64,000 nt of DNA from an uncultured Leptospirales bacterium (GTDB lineage Bacteria; Spirochaetota; UBA4802; JAFGDQ01). The stretch is taken from contig CAZVDF010000012.1 of assembly GCA_964626055.1 (NCBI GenBank), positions 4,972-68,971 of the forward strand, in the 5' to 3' direction. The stretch's first letter is position 1. Each line of letters begins with the position of its first letter. Below are positions 37,549 to 46,958 of this stretch, piece after piece. A program made the translations under genes and the position numbers. The notes below the pieces were generated by a model. That model was given only the letters and a program-made list of their open reading frames with translations, was not told where the DNA came from and made no database searches.

Positions 37549-38996
37549 GAATATCAAAAATCCTTCCCGGTTATTTTCGCAGAATATCAATTTTAATATT
37601 TTTAATGAGCTTTAATCTTATATTCAGCGCCGCCATCTCCGCCATTGAAATTAAGCAAATGGAAATTATTGGAAGCACGATTGACCTTGATATAAAAAAA
37701 TATGTAAAAACCATTAAAGGGGATCTATCGGAGAAAGATATTGAATCGATCGGAATAAGAGTTACCAACGAATATCATAACAGGGGCTATACGACCAGTT
37801 ATGTTGAAAAGCTTGAGGTCAGCCGGAACGGAATCCTCGAAATATATGTTAAGGAATCAAAAATTGCCGACATCAGCATAACCGGCGTCGGAGGCAGGGA
37901 AAAAAGCGAGATCGAATTTTTACTGAATTCGTTAAATGGTTCTATTTACAATCGCAATGAACTTCAAAAAAAAGCGGAAACATTAAAACGGCTTTACAAT
38001 CTCGGATCAGTTCAGATTTATCCCGTAAATTACAAAGACAGCAGTGATGTCTTTCTGTCGGTAAAAATAAATAAAAAAAGCTCAGGCGATTTCTACGGCG
38101 GCATCGGATTTGAACCGATCTACGGTTTATCTCCGTACCTCGGTTATTATCATCCTTTTTCGGATACCGCGATTGACCTTTTCGCGAAAGCCGGTTACAG
38201 GGAAGGCAAATTCAGAAGAGCGGAAGGTGATGTAAAATTTTTTCTGTTCACGGACAATGAACCCAGAGGATTTTACATGGGCTCAAATGCTGCAATGTTC
38301 CTGGAGCATTGGGAATCATACGGAAGGGATTACAGAAGAATATCATTAACTCCTGCTCTCGGATACAGGGCGATATACCGGTATCTGATCATGGATATAT
38401 ACGCGAATGAAATTATTTCAGAAATTTCCGATTATAAAACCGAAGGAGAAAATTTCCGCGATTACGACACACGCATTACACTTGAAATCGAGATAACAAA
38501 CAAAATAAATCTACTTTCTAAAAAGGATGCTACCGGCCTTAAGCTCGCTGCTTCTTCCGGCAAAAGCGATCTAAGCAAAAAAGTATATGTTATCTCGTCC
38601 TGTGAGTTGAAAAGCCCTTTCTTGCCATTCAGCCGGCTCAGAATCACCCCCGGACTTTACTCATACTATACGACAATGAAAGAACGTTACTTCTGGCAGT
38701 ACGTATACGATAAAAGACTGCTGGGATTTTACGGCGATTTCACCGCGTCGAAATGGAAAAATACCGCGGGGCTCGATTTTGAATTCGAATTTATACCGCA
38801 GTTTCTTTACGCAGGTCCGTTTGTAAATACGGGATATTTCCAGGATGAAGAGCTTAAATGGAAAAGCAGGACAGGCGGCGGTATGATGGGCACACTGGAA
38901 TTTAAAAATTCTTATATCGGAATTTATTTTGCATGGGATCTCTCAAAAGGCCCGTCCAATGGCGGAGTCTCGGTAATTGCCGGCGGAAGCTTTTAA
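37545..38996 (+). CDS. POTRA-domain outer-membrane beta-barrel protein (Omp85/TpsB/ShlB-like)
   Basis: Signal peptide. POTRA-like N-terminal domain (…IGIRVTNEYHNRGYTTSYVEKLEVSRNGILEIYVKESKI…). Beta-barrel with C-terminal …VIAGGSF (terminal Phe). 4-nt overlap with the upstream gene. Confidence 0.55.
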   Translation: MRISKILPGYFRRISILIFLMSFNLIFSAAISAIEIKQMEIIGSTIDLDIKKYVKTIKGDLSEKDIESIGIRVTNEYHNRGYTTSYVEKLEVSRNGILEIYVKESKIADISITGVGGREKSEIEFLLNSLNGSIYNRNELQKKAETLKRLYNLGSVQIYPVNYKDSSDVFLSVKINKKSSGDFYGGIGFEPIYGLSPYLGYYHPFSDTAIDLFAKAGYREGKFRRAEGDVKFFLFTDNEPRGFYMGSNAAMFLEHWESYGRDYRRISLTPALGYRAIYRYLIMDIYANEIISEISDYKTEGENFRDYDTRITLEIEITNKINLLSKKDATGLKLAASSGKSDLSKKVYVISSCELKSPFLPFSRLRITPGLYSYYTTMKERYFWQYVYDKRLLGFYGDFTASKWKNTAGLDFEFEFIPQFLYAGPFVNTGYFQDEELKWKSRTGGGMMGTLEFKNSYIGIYFAWDLSKGPSNGGVSVIAGGSF

Positions 38997-39081
38997 GACA
39001 AATTTTATATTATTATACAAATTGGACTCCTCCAGAAATATTGGAGAAAATAAATTATATTGAAATAATGCATGTTGCTAC

Positions 39082-39398
39082 TCCCCCCCTATCCCCCGGA
39101 GGGGGCACAGATATGAAACAACTAGTAATAATATAAAACAATGCTCACGATTTATGTCATTGAACTATATGTGGCAAAATATAACAGAAGCAGTAGAGAG
39201 ATAATGGCGGACAATAAACACAAAACAAATGAATAGTCTGATATTCTGTTGTCGGCATCCGGTCAGTCGAAAACTACTGGATCTTTACTTTTATGAAAAA
39301 TAACTTGTAATTTAAGTCAATGGGAAAGTGTAAAAAAATTACGAATAGAATGGATGCTGTTTTTTTTAAAATATAATATGAATTTCAATGAAGGTGCC
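39082..39398. repeat. Pair of GC-rich palindromic units in inverted orientation (39082-39109 CTCCCCCCCTATCCCCCGGAGGGGGCAC; 39374-39398 GGTGCCCCCTCCGGGGGATAGGGAG) flanking ~265 bp of non-coding AT-rich DNA
   Basis: Same unit as in the flagellar-operon spacers. Possible small non-autonomous element or REP-like pair. Confidence 0.45.
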
Positions 39399-39460
39399 CC
39401 CTCCGGGGGATAGGGAGTGGAGGCATTTCCAGACATACCGGAAAGAGCAAAAATAATATA

Positions 39461-40252
39461 TTACTTTAGCTCCGCAGTGTATCTTCCGCCTTTTTTATAT
39501 GTTTTAACGTTCATAGAATAAAGCTGCGACATATTGGAATCCGTCAATATTCTATCGCATTTGCCGTCCAGGAACACTTTCCCATTATTAAGCACGACTA
39601 CTCTTTTAACAGCAGGGATAATATCTTCAAAATTATGAGTAACAACAATTATGCCTGTTCCGTGTTCAGCCAGCCTGTTTAAATTTTTCCTGAAAAGATG
39701 CGAAGCTTTTATATCCAGCCCGCTTGTGGGTTCGTCAAGCACAAGCGCATTCGGTTTATGGATAAGAGCCCTTGCGATCAAAGCAAGCCTGGCTTCCCCG
39801 GTTGACACTTCAGTCATAAGATGCTCTGAAAGCCCGGCAATCCCGAAAAACTCCAGAGATTCCCGTGCTTTCTTAATCATAGCAGGAGTAATATCATCTT
39901 TATTCATTATGCCGATGCTGGAAAAAAATCCTGAAAGTACGGTGTCCATAACTGTTGTTTCAATGCCGGTCTTCTGCTGGAAACCGGGGGTTACTATCCC
40001 AAGGTGCGATCTCAATTCAAAGACATCCCACCTTTCTTTGCCGTAAATTCTGCATATGGTATTTTCCTCCGGTTCCGGGTAGAGCTCTTTTGCTATAAGA
40101 TTTATCAGTGTCGACTTGCCCGAACCATTCGGACCGATTATCGCGACATTCTCGCAATGTTCTATCACAAGCTCCTTGATATCCAGAGCTTTAATGTTTG
40201 CAGCAAAATCATAAATAACGCTTACGTTTTTAAATTCGATAGCCGGTTTCAT
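39461..40252 (-). CDS. ABC transporter ATP-binding protein
   Basis: GPNGSGKST, LVLDEPTSGLD, 263 aa; no adjacent permease in the window. Confidence 0.8.
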   Translation of the reverse strand: MKPAIEFKNVSVIYDFAANIKALDIKELVIEHCENVAIIGPNGSGKSTLINLIAKELYPEPEENTICRIYGKERWDVFELRSHLGIVTPGFQQKTGIETTVMDTVLSGFFSSIGIMNKDDITPAMIKKARESLEFFGIAGLSEHLMTEVSTGEARLALIARALIHKPNALVLDEPTSGLDIKASHLFRKNLNRLAEHGTGIIVVTHNFEDIIPAVKRVVVLNNGKVFLDGKCDRILTDSNMSQLYSMNVKTYKKGGRYTAELK

Positions 40253-40291
40253 ACTGTAAGTTTTTTAAATCATCTTAAAAAATAACCACTG

Positions 40292-41308
40292 TTATTTTAC
40301 TATAATTTGCTTCAATACTTTCCTGATCCCATCCTCAAGGTCTTCCCTTGAATGAGTATACCCGAGCTCGCGCGCCGCCTTACCGGAATCAATGTAATGG
40401 AAGGCGCCCCCGAGAAGCACCTGCTGCCAATTGAGAATTCCGATTAATCCGATAGCCTTTGCAACAGCATCCGGCAGCACAATAAGCGGGATTAGCGGTT
40501 TACTTTTTAAGCCGAACTCTTTTTTTGCTATCGCCTTCACCAGCTGTGCGAATTTCTTCATCGACATGTTCTCGCCCCCCAGAAGATAACTCTCCCCTGC
40601 CCTGCCTCTTTCAAGTGCTAGCACTATTCCCTCTGAAACTCTGGACGCGGACGTATAGCTTGCGCCTCCGCCGAGCACAGGACTTCCGTGCATGATCTTG
40701 CGGATAAGGCCGACGTTCGTGGTTGTCATACCGTCTATTTCTTCGCCCATAAGAGAGCCGGGCTCTGCAATTACTGCCGGAATTCCCGATCGCTTAACGG
40801 ACTCCCTGATAATATCTTCCATCTCATGTTTTACATCGCAGTAAACCGAAACGCCTTTTGCGTAATGATCCGATAATTCGTCTATAAGTTTCGGAGCGCC
40901 GGAGCCGGGAGAAATAAATCCGCGCGAAGCGACGCTGCCTAAAAATACAAGCTTTTTAAGCTTTAACTTTGAGTGCATCCTTTCAGCTATTTCCAGGAAA
41001 TTTTCTACTATATCGACATTATAACGTTTCGATGTCGCATAATCCATGTGGTAATTGACAGCGCCAGCCGAGAAGATAATGCGATCAATTGAATTTTTCA
41101 AGAGATGGTTATAGATTTTAGTGCAGTCTTTCCGGTTCAAAAGATCGCCTTTCAGAAAATACTTAACCTGTTTTTTTATTAGAGGATCGGGCGCGCCGGC
41201 TTTCACATATGCATGGGCATGCACTTCGTATCCCCTGCGGATAAGTTCGTTGCAGACCCTTATGCCTATAAAACCGGAAGCCCCGGCTACAAAGACAGAC
41301 TTTGCCAT
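40292..41308 (-). CDS. NAD-dependent epimerase/dehydratase (extended SDR) family protein
   Basis: N-terminal GASGFIG Rossmann motif, 338 aa. Confidence 0.8.
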   Translation of the reverse strand: MAKSVFVAGASGFIGIRVCNELIRRGYEVHAHAYVKAGAPDPLIKKQVKYFLKGDLLNRKDCTKIYNHLLKNSIDRIIFSAGAVNYHMDYATSKRYNVDIVENFLEIAERMHSKLKLKKLVFLGSVASRGFISPGSGAPKLIDELSDHYAKGVSVYCDVKHEMEDIIRESVKRSGIPAVIAEPGSLMGEEIDGMTTTNVGLIRKIMHGSPVLGGGASYTSASRVSEGIVLALERGRAGESYLLGGENMSMKKFAQLVKAIAKKEFGLKSKPLIPLIVLPDAVAKAIGLIGILNWQQVLLGGAFHYIDSGKAARELGYTHSREDLEDGIRKVLKQIIVK

Positions 41309-41339
41309 TTATTTTCCATCCTGTAATTATGATAATTAG

Positions 41340-41540
41340 AAACCATCTCAAAATTATAAATTCATATATGTGACTAATGATAAATTGGAATACATTACAA
41401 AATTTTCTGCGGAATCAGACCTTCCTGGTCAGTTTTTCATGTTTTCGAACGCATTCACATCAGGTCTGAAAGGCGTCCTCAAAAATTTTGTAATGTATTC
41501 CAATTTATCATAAAATAAAATTTAATTTTGAGATGTCTTC
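41340..41540. repeat. MITE-like family 2, copy in the divergent intergenic region (outer IR AAACCATCTCAAAATTATAAATT / AAATTTAATTTTGAGATG; core AAAATTTTCTGCGGAATCAGACC…GGTCTGAAAGGCGTCCTCAAAAATTTT)
   Basis: Near-identical to the 6747-6943 core. Confidence 0.55.
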
Positions 41541-41802
41541 TAATGACTAAATTTTAGAACTGCTTTCATTATCCTAATAAAATAAGATATGCTCTTAATA
41601 ATTTTATAAAATTAATTAAGCTGACAACTCTTTTTTACCGGTAAAACAGCTCATTTTCTAATGTGACATAAAATAATAATTGACAATTTCGCATAAGTAT
41701 TTAATTTCTATTAGTTAAATATAATTTTTTATATATATTTCGAAAATAACGGAAAATCTATAATCGGCATACCAGTAATGCACCGCTTACCGGAGGTATG
41801 AA

Positions 41803-44106
41803 GTGATATTAAACATAATTACCCTCTTTTCATGCTTTTTGATGATAATCTTTTTCAGAAGGCTTGACCGTTCCAACCTTAAAATGACAAAGCTGAAACG
41901 CTATTCCATGAAAATATTCAGCGATTTTAAAAAGCTCACTGAAAACGAATTCAGGAAATATAACGACGCAACCATAGAAATGGATATCCTGGTAAAAAAA
42001 TCCAATACGAATGCTCAGCAGTTAAAAGACACCATCTCTATAATCGAAAACAAACTTCAGACGCTCGATAATGAAAAAGAAATCCTTGTGAAAGCGGAGA
42101 ACGGCCTTAAAATAATTTCGGATTCGGCCAAAGACGTCAATAAGCAGATCGAGTTCATCGCCGGCGCGAAGGCTTCCTTTGACGATATGAGCATCCGGAT
42201 AAAATCCCTGAACGAGGATATATCACGGGTGGAAAGGGAAATATCCTCGGTGCTGCAGGCTTTTAACGAAAAAATACGCGAAAAATCGCGCAATCTTTCG
42301 GAAGAAATCGCACATAACCTGAACGAAATGAAGGAATCGATCAGGGAAAAAGAAAATTCCATGCTGGAATCATCCAGAGAGAAGATCGAGATACTGAGCA
42401 ATCAATACTTAAATACGATATCCGAAATGGAAGAAAAAATAACCAAATCCGGCGGTGCCATAATCGAAGATATGAACTTAAAACTCGAGGAAACCGCCCG
42501 GACGATAAATTCGTTTGAAAAGAAAATAGAGCTTGCCGAAAAACGCGTTACTTCGGAATTCAGCTTAAAGATAAATAAATTCGAAAAAACCCTCAATAAT
42601 ATTGAACATATCGACGACAATATCGAGCACCTTAATAACAAACTCAGAAGCGTCGAAGATGACGTGAACGAATCGACCTCAAGGCTGATTTCCACCTTCG
42701 ACGAAGAGGTCAAGAAAGCCAGACAGGAGCTTAACAATCTCGACATACATACGATCGCCAAAAAAGACGAGATCGTTAAATCGGTGCGTAAAGAAGCCGA
42801 AGAGATGAGAAACAAAATAGATAACTTTGATGATAAATATGCGGAGATAGAAAATAAAATCATTGATACCATCGATAAGGAAACGGACAGGATTAAACTG
42901 ATGATCGACAGGATCGATGAAAAATACGCAGAAACTGTCGATAAGCTGAATGAATCCGCGGAAGAAAAACTGGAAGATATACACTCCGAATATCAGACGA
43001 TGGAGATCAACTTTAACGAATTATCAAATAAAATTTCCTCGTTCGAAGACGGTTTAAAGGACTACATAGCCGAACAGACCGAAAAAACCAGGAAAGACTT
43101 TATCTTTATGGAAGAAAAGCTCACAAATATGAAGACCGAAATACTTCAATATGAAGAAAAACAGAACATATTCTCCAGAAGCGATTTGATGATCACGAAG
43201 GTGGATGATGCGGTAAACGAGTTCAACAGAATACTGAAGGAATCGAAAGAAGAAGCGAAAAAACTGGAGCAGTTCATGGAAGACGCCGATAAATTCAAGG
43301 TAATAAGCAGGGTAATCGACAAAGAGATAAAAAAATACGAGGCAAAGCAGAGCAAACTCGCGGGCTACGAGAGCGAGATCAAGGCTCTTATGGAGCTTAA
43401 CGATATTGCGGTAGCAAAAGCCGAGTCCATGGAAGACAGCATCTCGAACATAGATAAAGTGAGCACAAAAATAGACGCCCTGATGGGAACATACTCCAGC
43501 CTCGAATCAAGGATAAACGAACTTCATGAATATGAAGATTCTATTTCAAAAAATCTCGAATCTATTCAAAAGACCGATGTTGTAATAAAATCCATTGAGA
43601 GCAGAATACAGGCATTCAAGAACAATACCGAGAGATCCGAAAAGCGCGTTCAGAAGCTAATTGAATACCTCCAATCCATAGAAGAGAATACTCTGATATT
43701 AAAATCCAGGGAGCAGGAGATAAGGGACGTAAAGGACAAATTCAATGAACTTGACGGCCTTACTCGTCATATAGAGAAACGCATTGATCAGATACACGCG
43801 ATGTTCCAGAAGACGGAAGCGATGAGAGATGAGATCGACGAAACAGACGACAGGTTGAAGAAAATGTTCGACGAAACGGATAAAAAGATAAAACAATTCG
43901 CGGATATTCTTTCATCCGTTGAAGGGAACAATTTGATCGCCAGGCAGATTAAAAGCGACTACAAATTGGGAAAGAACATAAATGACAGTATGGTTAAAAC
44001 GGTAAGAGAACTTTCGAATAAAGGCTGGACTTCAAACGAGATATCGCAGAAGCTTTTAATAGACGAGAATTCCGTGAGATTTATTATAAACACTTCATCA
44101 TTGTAA
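41803..44106 (+). CDS. Large membrane-anchored coiled-coil protein with a C-terminal HTH-like segment
   Basis: GTG start with GGAGG 6 nt upstream. N-terminal TM (ILNIITLFSCFLMIIFF). ~650 aa of continuous heptad-type E/K/I/L-rich sequence. C-terminal …RELSNKGWTSNEISQKLLIDENSVRFIIN resembling sigma-70 region-4/LuxR-type HTH. Confidence 0.5.
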   Translation: MILNIITLFSCFLMIIFFRRLDRSNLKMTKLKRYSMKIFSDFKKLTENEFRKYNDATIEMDILVKKSNTNAQQLKDTISIIENKLQTLDNEKEILVKAENGLKIISDSAKDVNKQIEFIAGAKASFDDMSIRIKSLNEDISRVEREISSVLQAFNEKIREKSRNLSEEIAHNLNEMKESIREKENSMLESSREKIEILSNQYLNTISEMEEKITKSGGAIIEDMNLKLEETARTINSFEKKIELAEKRVTSEFSLKINKFEKTLNNIEHIDDNIEHLNNKLRSVEDDVNESTSRLISTFDEEVKKARQELNNLDIHTIAKKDEIVKSVRKEAEEMRNKIDNFDDKYAEIENKIIDTIDKETDRIKLMIDRIDEKYAETVDKLNESAEEKLEDIHSEYQTMEINFNELSNKISSFEDGLKDYIAEQTEKTRKDFIFMEEKLTNMKTEILQYEEKQNIFSRSDLMITKVDDAVNEFNRILKESKEEAKKLEQFMEDADKFKVISRVIDKEIKKYEAKQSKLAGYESEIKALMELNDIAVAKAESMEDSISNIDKVSTKIDALMGTYSSLESRINELHEYEDSISKNLESIQKTDVVIKSIESRIQAFKNNTERSEKRVQKLIEYLQSIEENTLILKSREQEIRDVKDKFNELDGLTRHIEKRIDQIHAMFQKTEAMRDEIDETDDRLKKMFDETDKKIKQFADILSSVEGNNLIARQIKSDYKLGKNINDSMVKTVRELSNKGWTSNEISQKLLIDENSVRFIINTSSL

Positions 44107-44137
44107 ATATTCCTGCAGTTTCGCGGCTGCCGCGCCG

Positions 44138-44596
44138 TTACTTAAGTCCCAGTATTTCCAGGGCGGCAGCCGGATCGATCCGGAACCTGTTCCCTGCGCC
44201 CTGAAAAAATTTATGTTCTTTGATGAGATGTATCGCCAGCCTTGTAATGATGATCTCTTTCCCCCTGATTTTATCTGTCAGAACGACTTCGCCTTTCGCG
44301 AACGCGCTGTGCCCCCTGAACGGGCATGGGATGCTCCCCCTCGATTCGTAATAGGTCGCGAATATGCCATCCCCGACTTCCGTGATGTTTCCGGGCGCAT
44401 TTACAGTCCTGTCGAATATCCCTGACAGAGCATCGGCCATGATTTCCGATGTAACGCCGGCGCTGTGCAAAAAATGTTCATCTGCGGATATAATTTCTTC
44501 AATTGTCCTGGTATCTGACCCCATAAATCCGCTGCCGGAAAATTTTGATGGCTTAAAATTGTTAAAAAGACTGCTGTCCTGGGGTGATTTTTTCAT
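44138..44596 (-). CDS. Hypothetical protein (152 aa), downstream of nqrF
   Basis: ORF with reasonable composition; no recognisable family. Confidence 0.3.
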   Translation of the reverse strand: MKKSPQDSSLFNNFKPSKFSGSGFMGSDTRTIEEIISADEHFLHSAGVTSEIMADALSGIFDRTVNAPGNITEVGDGIFATYYESRGSIPCPFRGHSAFAKGEVVLTDKIRGKEIIITRLAIHLIKEHKFFQGAGNRFRIDPAAALEILGLK

Positions 44597-44609
44597 ATTG
44601 ATGACCTGC

Positions 44610-45719
44610 TTAAAATTTATCGTAAAATATCTTTTCTTCTTTAATGCCTCCGGAAGTCAGTACTTTTATGCACGCGTTAATCATTCCCGGAGAGCCGCAG
44701 AGATAGCCTTCAAAGCCCGTCATATCCGGCAGAATTTTTTTTACTGTCTCGGTTATGAGTCCGCGCTCGCCGTTCCAGCCTGTGCCTTCGGGTTCGTTTG
44801 AGAGCGCGGGAATAAACTTAAAATCGGGCAGACTACTTTCCATCTTTTTAAGATATTCATAATAAAAAAGATCTTTCTGAGTGGCGGCACCGAAAAAATA
44901 ATATGCTTTCCTTGTGCTTCCTTTTTCCTTCATGTCCGTCAGCATGCTCAGGATCGGGGCCATCCCGCTACCTCCGGCGATAAAAACAGCCGGCGCAGTA
45001 TCGCCTGTTAAAATAAATTTCCCGTACGGGCCGGAGAAGCGGACTTCATTTCCTTCTTTCAGGTAATCAAACACCCATGTCGTGCAGATACCGTCCGGGA
45101 CCTTCCGAATTACAAGGTTGATCGAATTTATGTTTGAAGGAGAGGAAGAGACCGAATACGCCCGGATCACGCTTTCTCTTCCTTTATATTCCTCTGATTC
45201 AAGCTGAACATACTGGCCGGCCGTAAAGTCGATCTCCGCGGGTTCCTTAAGCTCAATTGTCAGTTCCAGTATATCGTGGGTAAGCGGTTTTTTTGACTTG
45301 AGGACGCCTTTAAAACGTTTTACCGAAAAGAGCTCATCCGGTATTACGATATTTATGTTTTCCCGGACTTTAACCTGGCAGGAAAGACGTATATTTTTTT
45401 TTACTTCTTCATCTGACAACGACGGCGCTTCAACCGGTCCGATCATTCCGGCGCCCGAAACAACCTGCACCTTGCAGAAAGCGCATGTACCCCTGCCTCC
45501 GCACGCGGACGGGATGAATATATTATTTTCGGCCAGAGTGGATAAAAGCGAATCCCCACCCCTGACATTAAGCTTTTTTTTGCTGTTGTTTATATCTATT
45601 GAGCATTCGCCGTAATTCAGTATCTTCTTTTCAGCCAGCAGAAGCAGCACTGAAAGAATAATGCCCATAAAGCAGATAAATCCCGCCGATATGATTATTT
45701 GTGTCCATGCGATAGTCAT
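44610..45719 (-). CDS. nqrF: Na+-translocating NADH:quinone oxidoreductase subunit F-like (TM anchor + 2Fe-2S ferredoxin + FAD/NAD-binding FNR module)
   Basis: N-terminal TM. Plant-type ferredoxin cysteines CGGRGTCAFCKV. FNR-like RAYS FAD motif and GGSGMAP NAD motif. 369 aa. Confidence 0.85.
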   Translation of the reverse strand: MTIAWTQIIISAGFICFMGIILSVLLLLAEKKILNYGECSIDINNSKKKLNVRGGDSLLSTLAENNIFIPSACGGRGTCAFCKVQVVSGAGMIGPVEAPSLSDEEVKKNIRLSCQVKVRENINIVIPDELFSVKRFKGVLKSKKPLTHDILELTIELKEPAEIDFTAGQYVQLESEEYKGRESVIRAYSVSSSPSNINSINLVIRKVPDGICTTWVFDYLKEGNEVRFSGPYGKFILTGDTAPAVFIAGGSGMAPILSMLTDMKEKGSTRKAYYFFGAATQKDLFYYEYLKKMESSLPDFKFIPALSNEPEGTGWNGERGLITETVKKILPDMTGFEGYLCGSPGMINACIKVLTSGGIKEEKIFYDKF

Positions 45720-45737
45720 ATTATTTACTATTTAAAA

Positions 45738-46343
45738 TCATATCTTTATCATTCCGGAAAACGCGACAAACGCAAGCGCCATGATGCCTATTGTTATCAG
45801 GGTAATTCCTGGCCCTGCGAGCCCGGGCGGCAGTTTGCTTTCATCGATCTTTTCGCGGATGCCCCCGATAAGCACGATAGCCAGGAACCAGCCGAATCCT
45901 CCCCCGAAACCGAACACCAGCGCCTGTATAAAAGTGTACGGCTTGCTGAGCATGAATAGCGAAATGCCCAGAATAGCGCAGTTAACAGTTATCAGAGGAA
46001 GGAAAATCCCGAGCGCGTTATAAAGCTTTTCGGAGAAGCGTTCAATTACCATTTCCAGCAGCTGGACAATGCAGGCTATCATTACAATGAACGTTATAAG
46101 GCGGAGATACTCAATGTTTAACGGCACCAGTATATATTTATAAGCCAGAAAATTAAACGCGCTCGTTAACGCGGTAACAAAGGTTACTGCAGCGCCGAGG
46201 CCGATGCTCGTATCGATTTTATTCGATACGCCTATAACCGAACACATGCCCAGGAACCTTGCGAGAAGCACGTTATTGGTCAGCGCTGAAGATATAAAAA
46301 TCAGAAGGATTGAAACAAAGGAATTCATCCCGGAAATTTCCAT
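45738..46343 (-). CDS. nqrE: NqrE/RnfA-family membrane subunit
   Basis: 201 aa, six TM, Rnf-Nqr family. Confidence 0.85.
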   Translation of the reverse strand: MEISGMNSFVSILLIFISSALTNNVLLARFLGMCSVIGVSNKIDTSIGLGAAVTFVTALTSAFNFLAYKYILVPLNIEYLRLITFIVMIACIVQLLEMVIERFSEKLYNALGIFLPLITVNCAILGISLFMLSKPYTFIQALVFGFGGGFGWFLAIVLIGGIREKIDESKLPPGLAGPGITLITIGIMALAFVAFSGMIKI

Positions 46344-46346
46344 TTT

Positions 46347-46955
46347 TTATCCCTCCTTTTTCATCTGGCGGCTGCGCGCGAACCACGTAATGACGCCCAG
46401 CATAAAAAAAGCGCCCGGCGCCATGACCATAATCGTCCACTGATGCCACCATGCGTCCCTCGCAGGAAGAGGAATCCCCAGAATAGTGCCGAAGCCGAGC
46501 GGCTCCCTTACCAGAGCTATAATTATCAGTATCATCGAGTATCCGAGCCCTGAAGCTATTCCGTCTATTAAAGATATCAGCGGTTTCTGCCTGCTCGCGA
46601 ATCCCTCGGCGCGTCCCATTATTATGCAATTGGTTATGATCAGCCCCACATACGGGCCGATGAACCTGTGTATATCAGGGCTTACCGCTTTAATGAAGAT
46701 ATCGACCATCATTACATAGCAGGCAATTATCAGCACCTGAACTATCATACGGATGCGTTTCGGTATATAATTTCTCATCGCGGAAATAGTAAGGCTGGAA
46801 AGCGCCGTGGTGAATGTGACTCCCAGGCACATGAACAGCGTATTTGCCAGCAGGTTTGTGACTGCGAGCGAAGAACAGATGCCGAGCACCTGCATGAACA
46901 CGGGGTTTTCACTGATAATATCCCTGATCATTACTTTTCCGGGGGTATTTTCCAT
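46347..46955 (-). CDS. nqrD: NqrD/RnfE-family membrane subunit
   Basis: 202 aa, six TM, Rnf-Nqr family. Confidence 0.85.
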   Translation of the reverse strand: MENTPGKVMIRDIISENPVFMQVLGICSSLAVTNLLANTLFMCLGVTFTTALSSLTISAMRNYIPKRIRMIVQVLIIACYVMMVDIFIKAVSPDIHRFIGPYVGLIITNCIIMGRAEGFASRQKPLISLIDGIASGLGYSMILIIIALVREPLGFGTILGIPLPARDAWWHQWTIMVMAPGAFFMLGVITWFARSRQMKKEG

Positions 46956-46958
46956 GTC

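Noticed and set aside
28621-39420. GC-rich repeated units as a possible CRISPR array
   Set aside because: Units are not regularly spaced, occur in both orientations and are 25-28 bp with protein-coding genes between them; no cas genes
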